Below are positions 1 through 9,254 of a stretch of 20,000 bases of DNA, in pieces. The stretch lies in the NCBI RefSeq assembly GCF_004010195.1, contig NC_057718.1, forward strand, positions 50,958,114-50,978,113. The letters are read 5' to 3'. The notes beneath the pieces are model-generated. The model saw only the letters and a list, made by a program, of their open reading frames with translations, was not told the DNA's origin and did not search any database. This stretch comes from Chiloscyllium plagiosum. Lineage: Eukaryota. Numbering within the stretch: the first letter of the stretch is position 1; every line of letters begins with the position of its first letter. Made by a program: the position numbers and the translations under genes.

Positions 1-655
1 CTCAGTGTCCAGGTGCATAAATCCCTGAAAGTTGGCACCCAGGTCGATAGGGCTGTTAAGAAAGCATATGGTGTGTTAGCATTTATTGGTAAGGGAATTG
101 AGTTTTGGAGTCACAAAGTTCTACAAGACACTGGTAAGGCTGCACCTGGAGTATTGCATACAGTTCTGGTCACCACATCATAGGAAGGATGTGGAAGCTT
201 TGGAAAGGGTTCGGGGAGATTTCCTAGGATGTTGCCTGGTATGGAAGGAAGGTCTTACAGGAAAGGCTGAGGGAACTGGAGAGAAGAAGGTTGAGAGGTG
301 ACTTAGTTGAGACATATAAGATAATCAGAGGGTTAGATAGAATGGAAAGTGAGAGCCTTTTTCCTTGGATGGTGAAGGCTAACATGAGGAGACATAGCTT
401 TAAATTGAGGGGTGATAGATTTAGGACAGATATCAGGGGTAGTTTCTTTACTCAGAGAGTAGTAGGGGTGTGGAACGGCCTGCCTGCAACAGTAGTAGAT
501 TCGCCGACGTTAAGGGTATTTAAATGGCCATTGGACATACATATAGATAATAATTGAATGGTGTAGGTGAGAAAGGCATCAGATTAATTTCACAGGTCGG
601 TGCAACATTGAGGGCCGAAGAGCCTGTACTGCATTGTAACGTTCTGTGTTCTATG
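1..655 (+). mobile_element. CR1-clade LINE 3' fragment (decayed ORF2 C-terminus plus 3' UTR), runs off the window start
   Basis: ORF pieces YKTLVRLHLEYCIQFWSPH and RGDLVETYKIIRGLDR...FFTQRVVGVWNGLP are CR1 ORF2 C-terminal motifs. Ends in the tail gggccgaagagcctgtactgcattgtaacgttctgtgttctatg. Frameshifted. Confidence 0.93.
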
Positions 656-825
656 GATTATAAATAAACAAAGCTACAAAAGAAATATAGTACATAAGCC
701 ACACACTATCCAAAACTTTACTTTTGATATGAATTTTTGACATTACTAATGTTTTAATTTGAATAGCTGTGTGCTAGTGGGTAGATATTCATCTTGGACA
801 ATTACACAAAGTTGCCGATATTTGA

Positions 826-956
826 TTTTTTATTTATTCACTCATGAGATGTGGGCATCGCTGGCTGGCCAGCATTTATTGTCATCACTTTTGCCTTCAA
901 GAAAGTGGTGGTGAGTTGCATTCTTGAAACACTGCAGTTCCTGTGCTGTAGGTAGA
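826..956 (-). mobile_element. 3' end fragment of a LINE (CR1/L2-like) sharing its tail with the SINEs at 10328 and 17341
   Basis: Reverse complement ends ...CAATAAATGCTGGCCAGCCAGCGATGCCCACATCTCATGAGTGAATAAATAAAAAA, which closely matches the SINE tail at about 17617-17672 (gcaataaatactggctcagccaatgatgccttcatcccgtgaatgaacttaaaaaa). The upstream part (gcaactcaccaccactttcttgaaggc) is not SINE body. Confidence 0.7.
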
Positions 957-1842
957 TTGGTTGCCCATTATATGCAGAGCCTGATATTTAATTTCAGTGA
1001 CTGCAGTGGAACTGGATGGGAGCTACTGAGCTTATGAGACAGTTGATCTGATGTCACTTATTCTGCGCAGCAGTCAAAATGAATCTTTACCAAAGGACAC
1101 TGTTTACTTTGTGGATAAATGCATTGACAGTTCAAACTTCTTGTGATCAAGTAATTCATAAACTAAAGTAGTTAACCAAATGTAACCACAATGCACCATT
1201 AATCATTTAATCAAACTGAAACATTTATTGTCTTAAATTTTCACTTTTGATTTTAAATTATCTTTTGTTCTTTGTAGGAGTCTCCCCTTTGGAAGCATAG
1301 TCTTTTTTTCAAGTAACGTCAAATGTAGTATTAAATTTATTATAGATAGACTATTTGTTTCAGCTAAATGAAATTAAATGTCTGACCTGTTTATGAAGGG
1401 TATGACTTTCATAATAGTGGAGTAATTAAGCATTCAGTAGAACAAGTATTATGAAACCCTGTTCTAAATTCATCTTCCATTTACTCACACAGCTTTTGTC
1501 AAAGCCTTTCCACTGTTTAAATGTTGATTTGATATTGAGGCATTGGTATTTTAGATATTTATGTATGTCACCCAGTTCATGGATGACTGTTCAAAAAAAT
1601 CCAATACTGAAAATGTTATTTTATGTTGTGAACAACACTATACAATGAAACTTTAGTCTTTTTGTGTTGTCCTCTTCATCAACTGAGTTGACTGGTATTT
1701 TGTTGTTAATGATTTGGATCAGTGGGTATCCATATTGCCCTGAATAGTATATTGTCACCAATTTCAAACAGAATTATAAGTTATATATAAAAGTATGTAT
1801 TATCTGTGTAAATATGATTTTGTACTGCCCTTGAGCACATAC

Positions 1843-2014
1843 CTGATGGATAACGTTCAATGACTGGCCAGTTGTCCACCTGTAGAGTGGCATTGCCACC
1901 GCTCCGTGTAAACCGTACTATGTGGTACTTTCCATCATTTACAATACCACTTGATTCTTCAATGGTGATATCATCTGTTCCAACATTAAAAATAACTCGA
2001 ATCTTTCCTTGTTC
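1843..2014 (-). CDS. NRXN1: Neurexin internal coding exon (LNS6/laminin-G domain), the exon immediately before alternative splice site SS4; most similar to neurexin-1
   Basis: Translation [57 protein letters not shown](G) matches neurexin LNS6 (human NRXN1 recalled as [58 protein letters not shown]). Acceptor tctatttatttctttgcAG with AG at 2016-2015, phase 0. Donor tcaG|GTATGT with GT at 1842-1841, phase 1. Length 172 nt = 57 codons + 1. The family call is secure; the paralog call (NRXN1 over NRXN2/3) rests on recalled sequences and is less secure. Confidence 0.93.
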
Positions 2015-2533
2015 CTGCAAAGAAATAAATAGATATGGTTATTCATGCTGACGATGTTGTATATTATGCATTTTTCAATACCTATATAAAACACTGTAAT
2101 TTGTAATATCAGCAGTCATAAAATCTGTTCTCATTACAATTGTATTGGAAAAACCAATTAGAGGCTTAAAATATATATTGTAATGATCCAGAACCAGATA
2201 CTGACAAGGTCTTTTAGTTAGAGAGTGGGTGAATCTTACACTACTATCACATCCAGCAACAGTGCTCATGATTATTTCACTGTGCTGACCTTCTCAAAGG
2301 AAATAAAATGAAAACAAATAAAATCAGTATCTCTGCTCCATCCACTCTTTGTCAGAGAATATGACAGAATGATAATCCTTTTTCTGCCTGACTGTGCAAG
2401 TTTTTTTCTCATTTTCCAACTGTAAAGGTCCACACTGAAGGCAGTTGTGTTTCTACCGGTCCCATTTAGCCTCTATCTCCTCATGACCATTCTACATATA
2501 TATGATAAGTTACAGAGTTAAATTGGCTGGTTC

Positions 2534-2866
2534 GAGTCACAGAATCAGATTTGTACAGCATAGAAACAGACCCTTCGGTGCCATGCCAACCAGATATCCA
2601 AACATTAATTGAGTCCCATTTGTCAGCATTTGGCCCATATACCTTCAAATCCTTCTTATCCATGTATTCATCCAGATGCCTTTTAAATGTTGTAATTGTA
2701 CCAGCCTCCACCACTTCTTCTGGCAGCTCATTCCATACTACCCCCTGCATGAAAAGGCTGCCCCTCAGGTCCCTTTTATATCTTTCCCCTCTCACCTTAA
2801 ACCAATGCCCTCTAGTTTTGGACTCCCCAGCCCTGGGTGAATGACCTTGTCTATTCACCCTATCAA
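2534..2866 (-). mobile_element. CR1-clade LINE (HER1-like) 5'-truncated 3' end
   Basis: ORF 2481-2885 contains TRGHWFKVRGERYKRDLRG...WNELPEEVVEAGTITTFKRHLD. Tail accgaagggtctgtttctatgctgtac. Clearly homologous to 14667-15000 in this window. Confidence 0.92.
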
Positions 2867-4447
2867 AGCACCTTGTATTGATCACACCCCAGTTTAAAGC
2901 CTATCCTTGACTGATATCTATCCATGCAATTTCCAACAGAGGTCAAGGATCTTATTTAGATTATTGTATTTTGGAGTACAGTTGTCCATTTCTATTCAAT
3001 CAGCAAATTCTTCTGTTCCATCTGGTAGTGGCAAAAACTGATGAACAAAAGGATGGACTGGCTATAATACAATAAATTATAATTAAGAACTTATTTCATC
3101 GTCAGTTTCAAAAATATTGTTGCTGAGATTAAAAAGGCTAAAGAAGCACGCAATACCAAAACGTATATTAGGAGACACAGAACATTTCATGAACATATTT
3201 AAATCAGACTCCCACAGCGGAACTGAGGCCTGGATTAAATTAACATCTTTTAAAGCTGATTTTTAAAGGAATTAGGAAACAGTGAATTGAAAGTCGAAGT
3301 TACTTCTCCAAGCGAACTATTATTGGACCAGAAGAAACAGAGCTCTCCTTGACCCTCAAAGAAGACTTTGCCCTCCCAAGGAGCCATTTGCAAATCTCTC
3401 TCTTCTCGTGCTGTAACCAGAAACCAGCCTCCAATCAGTCCCAATCTTTGGTTTCCTCCTGTTGATTCCTGTCAGCTAAGCAAGCTATCAACTTACCTGA
3501 TCGCCAAGCAGGAAACAAAAGGAAAAAGAACACAATGACAGTGCCCTACTAAATTCAGGAAGACCTGAGCATGTCTAGCCTTATCATCTTTTCTCCATCT
3601 CCAAGCCAACACACTCTACACCATCTCCTAAATATCAGGGCCACAATGCCCATGCTTTTTGTTGCAGGTTTGGGTTGTACGATGCATTCCACACAGAATT
3701 TAGGCTGCTAGTGATATTATTTTTCTACTCTGGTACACTATTCCATGATTGCAGAACCCTAACCACAATTCCTTTCGTGATAGGTTCCTGGTTTGGCCAA
3801 GACACCCTCGGAAGACATTAAACAACAGCATATTGCACCAAGTAGAATTGCTTCATAAAAGGTACGAGGTGAATAGGTTAATTTAAAGCCTGAGAGCAGC
3901 ATACCACCCACAAGTTTGTCATTAGGCAAAATTTAGAACAGCACAAAATCCAACAGAAGGGAGAAAAAAAAGCTCAACTATAATAGGGGAATTGCTTGAT
4001 CATGAAATGACCTTAAAATTTCAATTAAAGCATGGTTATTTTCTAGTGGTCAAAATTACCCTAGCCTCAGACAGATTGAAACAAAATTTTAAGCTTTTGC
4101 CGTTATCTTACTCAATATCACCATTCAGCTACATATCAGATCATCTGAAATTTCTCTTTCTGCTGTTTTCATGATGATTTCAAATAAATTAAAAGATATA
4201 TATGCTAACATGGTGGGAAGTTATTTTAATTAAGCACACTAAGCATCTGACCACCAAAATCCCAAATCAAAATTTCAAGCCGTGAGTTAGCAGTGTAGGC
4301 ATGGCTGGTGAAAAACATTGGCGCTTTGTGAAGTTGGGACTGAGGCAAATGTTTGGGTAGAGTTACACAGACTGCATTTTTCATCATGGTTGAGAGGAGA
4401 ACACAGAACAAACGTTTTAGAAAATCGATAACCGATTAAAAATTAAT

Positions 4448-4592
4448 CATGATTTGGAGATGCTGGTATTGGACTGGGGTGTACAAAGTTAAAAATCACA
4501 CAACTCTAGGTTATAATCCAACAGGTTTACTTGGAAGCTAGAGCTTCCAAAAGCAAGTGCTTCCAAATAAACCTGTTGGACTATAACCTGAT
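4448..4592. mobile_element. Penelope-like-element-derived palindromic fragment (inverted terminal sequence, hammerhead core deleted)
   Basis: 31-bp inverted arms at 4508-4538 and 4559-4589 with 2 mismatches. The stretch ggtgtacaaagttaaaaatcacacaac...ccaacaggtttacttggaagc recurs at 8881-8945. Penelope assignment is from recollection of this shark repeat. Confidence 0.6.
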
Positions 4593-5149
4593 ATTCAAAG
4601 ATTACAAATACGTATACCTCCAGCTATTGATCATCAATAGCACTTTTACCAAGGTAGCTTTCACATATTAGGAACAATCTACATAGCTTGAAACTGAATC
4701 TGCATAGTACAACAATTGATAGATATTTCTTGAATCTGTAGGGAAATGGGATAATACAAAGTATACTCTCAAATTAAATTGCTGCAGAATTAGTGACTGT
4801 GCTGAGCAAATTGATTTCCAGAGGAATTTGGCTTTAAGAGGAGAATTCCAGCATTGCTCAACAATTCACGTGACCCAGGATTTATCAATGCAATTCCCTT
4901 GCCTATTAAATATATATTTAGTGCAAAAAAAATTTAAAGGATCAAGGAAATTCAGGTCCCTTCCCTCACAACACAGTGATATCTTTGTCAGCTGAAAGAA
5001 GTGGTATTCCCGGTGGTAAAGTGTCCTCCTTTGCGCAAAACATATTTGGGTTAATTATTCAAGGGCTTGCCAGTCAGAATGCACCATTATTAAAAAAATA
5101 ATTTCAATTCAGACAGAGTGAAAAGAGCAACCTCTATTGATCAAAGCTA

Positions 5150-6358
5150 ACAGATGATTAGTTGGCAACAGGAAGCAGAGTGTAGGCAGAAATAGACTTT
5201 TTCCTAATTCCAAGATAGAATAAGGTGTGCCATGAGGATCAGTATCAGGATCTCAAGTGTTTGCAATGAATATAAATGTTTTGGATTAAGAGGACAAAGA
5301 TGGAGAGGACTGTGGATGGCACGGTGGCGCACGGTGGCGCACTGCTGCCTCACAGCGCCAGAGACCCGGGTTCAATTCCTGCCTCAGGTGACTGATTGTA
5401 TGGAGTTTGCACATTCTCCCTGTGTCTGCGTGGGTTTCCTCTGGGTGCTCCGGTTTCCTCCCACAGTCCAAAGATGTGCAGGTCAGGTGAATTGGCCATG
5501 CTAAATTGCCCGTAGTGTCAGGTGAATGGGTAAATGTAGGGGTATGGATGGGTTGCACTTCGGCGGGTCAGTGTGGACTTTTTGGACTAAAGGGCCTGTT
5601 TCCACACTGTAAGTAATCTAAAAAAATCATTTGATTGTCACTTTTGCTGATAACACAAAGATTGGTGGAAGAGCAAGTTTTGAAATGGTCATAAGGAGGT
5701 TAAAAAAAGAGACAGGTAAGCTCGGTGATTGGGAAAGGATCTGGCAGATGGAATATAATGTAGGAAAAACTAAAGTTGTCCATTTTGCAGGAAGAATAAA
5801 AAGGAAACATATTATCAAAATGATGAGAAACCATCAAGCTCTGAAGTGCAGAAGGACCTGGGAGTCTTAGTGAATGAATCACACAAAGCTAGCATCCAGA
5901 TACAAGTATTTAAGAAAGCTAATATAATGTTTTATTTATTATAGGGAAATTGAATACAAAAGTAGGGAGGTTTTGCGAGAATTATACAAGGCACTGGTGA
6001 GAGCACATCTGGAGTAATGTACAGTATTGTTCACCTTATTTAAGGAAGTAGTTCAGAGTAGTTTTACAAAGTTAATATGTGGGCGATCTTATGAGGAAAG
6101 GTTGGACAGGCTAGGCTTGCATCTGCTAGAGTTTAAAAGAGTAAGAGGGGGTTTTATTGAAACATACAAGATCCTGAGGGGTTGTAACATGGTAGATGTG
6201 AACAGAATATTTCCTCTAATTAGAGAATCTTGAGAGTTTAGAGTTTAAAAGTAAGTGATTGTCCATTTAAGATGGAGGAGGTTTTATTTTTTGCTCACAG
6301 ACTGTTGTGCAACTTTGTAACTCTTGCTGAAAATACAATAAAAGCAGGGTCACTAAAT
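5150..6358 (+). mobile_element. Decayed CR1 LINE RT region, interrupted by an HE1 SINE at about 5315-5628
   Basis: Degenerate RKQRV, GVPxGSV and YINxLD segments before the SINE. After it: FADNTKIGG (RT catalytic motif FADD), WQMEYNVGK, SYEERLDRLGL, RVRGGFIETYKILRG. Many stops and frameshifts. Confidence 0.88.
5315..5628 (+). mobile_element. HE1-type tRNA-derived V-SINE, full length
   Basis: tRNA-like head with B box (gggttcaattcc), V-domain tggagtttgcacattctccctgtgtctgcgtgggtttcctctgggtgctccggtttcctcccaca, and CR1-like tail gggcctgtttccacactgtaagtaatcta. Two more copies in this window. Confidence 0.92.
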
Positions 6359-6377
6359 GGTTGACATGCTGGCTCAT

Positions 6378-6492
6378 GGATGGCATGGTGGCTCAGTGGT
6401 TAGCACTGCTGCCTCACAATGCCAGGGACCCAGGTTCAATTCCAGCCTTGGGTGAGTGTCTGTGTGGAGTTTGCACATTCTCCCTGTGTCTG
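6378..6492 (+). mobile_element. HE1-type SINE, 3'-truncated (head plus start of V domain)
   Basis: A box tggctcagtgg, B box ggttcaattcc, then tgtgtggagtttgcacattctccctgtgtctg. Aligns by eye to the 5315 and 7739 copies. Confidence 0.9.
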
Positions 6493-7565
6493 AATTCTCG
6501 TTGTTCTGCCCAAGTAAGTTCTAGGTAGGAAGGTCCATCAGTGGCTTCCATGCATAGATTCCACTGAACACCTTTCAGTGGTCACTTAACAAGCACTTAA
6601 GGAAAAATTCTTGGCCCGGTTGTTTCCTTCGGGACAAGTAATAGACTTCCCATCCTGCTGGTAAATCTATGTAGGCTGTCAATTGGAGGGAATCCCCCTC
6701 TAATTTCTGCATAATCAAGGATATGACAGCCAAACATTTACTCTTGCATCCAACCCTGATGGCTCCTCCTGCTTGTGGCTCTGAGAGCTATCACCCCCAA
6801 CAACACGTTCATATGTCGCTGGTCATTGCTCCATCCGGGGAGTCTGAGAGGGGCTCCCTCAGCAACAGCCACTGCCTCCTCTGTCGTACAGCTGCCTGAC
6901 GATATGACCCACCTGTGATTGACCAGCAGCTCTCAGAGGCAAGCAGATCCATGCAATCAGGAGGTCCTATCCCAGAGTTATCAGTCAGGAAGGTGATTGG
7001 TGTCAGCTCAAGGGTCTGATAGGTGCAAGATCCTGTGAACCTTTTCTGCTAAGGTTCAGTCCTCCTGTAGGCAGCATGCCTGGCTCAGGAGATTCTGCCC
7101 ATTGGCTGGAAATTTAGGATCTCTCTCACGATGTGTCAGGAAGCCAGAACGGCAGGCCATTTCATGGGATGATGGTGTTTCAAAATGCTACCACCTTAGT
7201 TCTTCTGGCAGAATTAATTCAGGGATGTGATGTCCCAAGACTGAACTTCTAATCCTGCCATCAATCAAATTCCTTTGTGGGCAACAAATGAGCACTTAAG
7301 TGTCTCATTCTGCCTCGACTGGTATTAACCCAGTAGTCGGTGGGTCTGACAATGTGAAACCTTCACAACAGGTATAATTATGTGGCCTACTTCGGAGCTT
7401 CCTGGTGGGTGAAGGTTACTCAGTCAAAGGTCTCAACATTGAAAGAGGGGAGTCTCACTGCGAACCACTTCTGACTTTGCTACTGACTCACCCACTCAAC
7501 GCCAAATTCCACTCCCTGCAACCCCCCCAGGAGACGTCTGTTGTCATTGGACAAAAAGAAAGAAA

Positions 7566-7737
7566 TAACTGCAGATACTGGAAGTCTGAAACAAAAACAG
7601 AAATTGCTGGAAAAACTCAGCAGGCCTGGCAACAGCTGTGGAGAGAAATCTGTACCGAGTTAATGGTTCAGGTTCAGTGACCCTTCTTCTGAACAGTTCT
7701 GCCAGACCTGCTGCACCTTACCAGTAGCTTCTGTTTC
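7566..7737. mobile_element. Penelope-like-derived inverted-repeat fragment with degenerate hammerhead remnant
   Basis: Imperfect inverted arms at about 7595-7631 (aaacagaaattgctggaaaaactcagcaggcctggca) and 7700-7736. Similar to 8765-8800 (gctggaaaagcacagcaggtcaggcagcatc). The minus strand has CAGAAGAAGGGTCACTGAACCTGAAC where CTGANGA-stem-GAAA is expected. Confidence 0.6.
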
Positions 7738-7738
7738 A

Positions 7739-8010
7739 GGGTGGCACGGTGGCTCAGTGGTTAGCACTGCAGTCTCATAGCACCAGGGTCCCAGGTTCGA
7801 TACCAGCCTTGGGCGACTGTCTGTGTGGAGTTTGCACATTCTCCCCGTGTCTGCATAGGTTTCCTCTGGGTGCTCTGGTTTCCTCTCACAGTCCAAAGAT
7901 NNNNNNNNNNNNNNNNNNNNNNNNNNNNNNNNNNNNNNNGAGAGTCGATGTGGACTTGTTGGGCCGAAGGGCCTATTTCCACACTGTAGGGAATCTAATC
8001 TAATCTAATC
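7739..8010 (+). mobile_element. HE1-type V-SINE, full length, containing an assembly gap
   Basis: A box tggctcagtgg, B box ggttcgatacc, V domain, tail gggccgaagggcctatttccacactgtaggg followed by an aatct/ctaat repeat. Confidence 0.92.
7901..7939. other. Assembly gap (N run)
   Basis: 39 Ns inside a SINE. Confidence 1.
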
Positions 8011-8361
8011 AGTCCCTCCTGCCATTCTGCAGCTGTGGCCGGTGTTGCTCCTCCAACCATGGTCTCTAGCAAGTGTGGTTCTGACAGCAGACATTGTCTT
8101 CTCAGTGGCAAAGAGCTAGTGAGCTCTCATTGATCGCACTGAGATTTTCACAACTGCCACCTCTGGATTCTCAGTCTAGGAAAGGCCCATTACTGGCTGC
8201 TTACCTGGATGAGTAACTAAGCAAAACAAAATTTAAGAAGTCTCTGATGCCTCCACAAAATCCAGTCGATTGCACCAGTTCACCTAGTTTCCAGATTTGA
8301 CCAGTAGGAGTCCAACAGAACAAGTAAAATTTATATTTATTTGGATATTTTTCTTTAAAAT

Positions 8362-8540
8362 TGATACTTGAAGGCAAAAGTAGATAGATTTTTGAACAGT
8401 AAAGGAATTAAGGCTTATCTTAACCGGGTGGGTAAGTGAAGCTGAGTCCACAAAAAGGTCAGCCATGATCTTATTGCCTGGTGGAGCAGGTTTGACAGGT
8501 CAGGTGACCTATTTATGCTCTTATTTCTTATGCCCTTATG
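8362..8540 (+). mobile_element. CR1 LINE extreme 3' end
   Basis: KAKVDRFLNSKGIK-like codons, then the 3' UTR tcagccatgatcttattg...ggagcagg...ttcttatgcccttatg typical of CR1 tails. Confidence 0.75.
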
Positions 8541-8756
8541 TTTACTCTGCTTCCTGGTGAATCTGACAATCTGTTGATAAGTTGTAGTAAAATACTGTAC
8601 AACTGCTTGAGAATTTCCAAGCTGCACCCTCCAAATAGACAAAGACATTAATAAGCTCCAGCTAAGCCAAAACCCAGAAAAGTCATCAGCCAATCACCAT
8701 GTTCTCGAATATGTTCTTTTCACAGTTGACATGTCAACATGAATGTCTCATGGTGT

Positions 8757-8871
8757 TCAGATCAGAGTGGTGCTGGAAAAGCACAGCAGGTCAGGCAGCA
8801 TCCGAGGGGTAGGAAAATCGACATTTCGGGCAAAAGCCCTTCATCAGCATCTGCAATCCTCACTTTTGCCC
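8757..8871. mobile_element. Short Penelope-like insertion with hammerhead core, flanked by a 14-bp direct repeat
   Basis: Direct repeat atgtctcatggtgt at 8743-8756 and 8872-8885. Minus strand 8847-8820 reads CTGATGA-A-GGGC-TTTT-GCCC-GAAA-TGTC. Confidence 0.72.
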
Positions 8872-8880
8872 ATGTCTCAT

Positions 8881-8960
8881 GGTGTACCAAGTTAAAAATC
8901 ACACAACACCAGAGTATAGTCCAGCAGGTTTATTTGGAAGCACTAGCATTCGGAGCACTG
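8881..8960. mobile_element. Second fragment of the repeat family seen at 4448-4592
   Basis: ggtgtaccaagttaaaaatcacacaacaccagagtatagtccagcaggtttatttggaagc is nearly identical to 4478-4538. Confidence 0.75.
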
Positions 8961-9254
8961 TTGCTGTGTGAATGTCTCACGTTATTCTTCTGTGACTGCA
9001 TTCTGCAATACTGTACTAAAATGTCACGAATTAGGATAATAAATAGTTTTGTGAGGTACTGAAAGAAATTTCATACCGTGAAAGGCACACACTTTCAGTT
9101 TCTGAAATGAAAGGAAACATTAATCAAAATGTAACTGCATTTAGAAATTGCAATAAACCTATAAAACCTGAGTAAACTATATTTTCATTCATTGTGAATT
9201 ATACAGAAAAAAGGATTCGAGCTTTTCTACAACTTTTCTTTGCCATCGACATAC

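Noticed and set aside
1190..1430. UWAA cluster as a SAM68/SLM site regulating SS4
   Set aside because: The region is simply very AT-rich, so the motif density is uninformative, and the SS4 exon is not nearby in this window.
1..1842. Neurexin SS4 alternative exon ([30 protein letters not shown]-like)
   Set aside because: Not found on the minus strand. The ttcatcaact at about 1675 gives VDE but the flanks (VDEEDN) do not match, so the exon must lie beyond the window start.
1781..2020. Treating the full 79-aa ORF as a gene
   Set aside because: The start is the intronic ttgcag acceptor, and the MCSRAV… tail is read-through past the GT donor at 1842.
7655..7695. Second hammerhead ribozyme
   Set aside because: Both catalytic boxes are mutated on the minus strand (CAGAAGA for CUGANGA, GAAC for GAAA).
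7739..7812. tRNA genes at the SINE heads (also 5315, 6378, 17341)
   Set aside because: A/B boxes run directly into SINE body and LINE-like tails; these are tRNA-derived SINE heads, not tRNA genes.
8725..8738. 14-bp perfect palindrome gttgacatgtcaac next to the TSD
   Set aside because: A palindrome with 7-bp arms is expected about once in 20 kb by chance.
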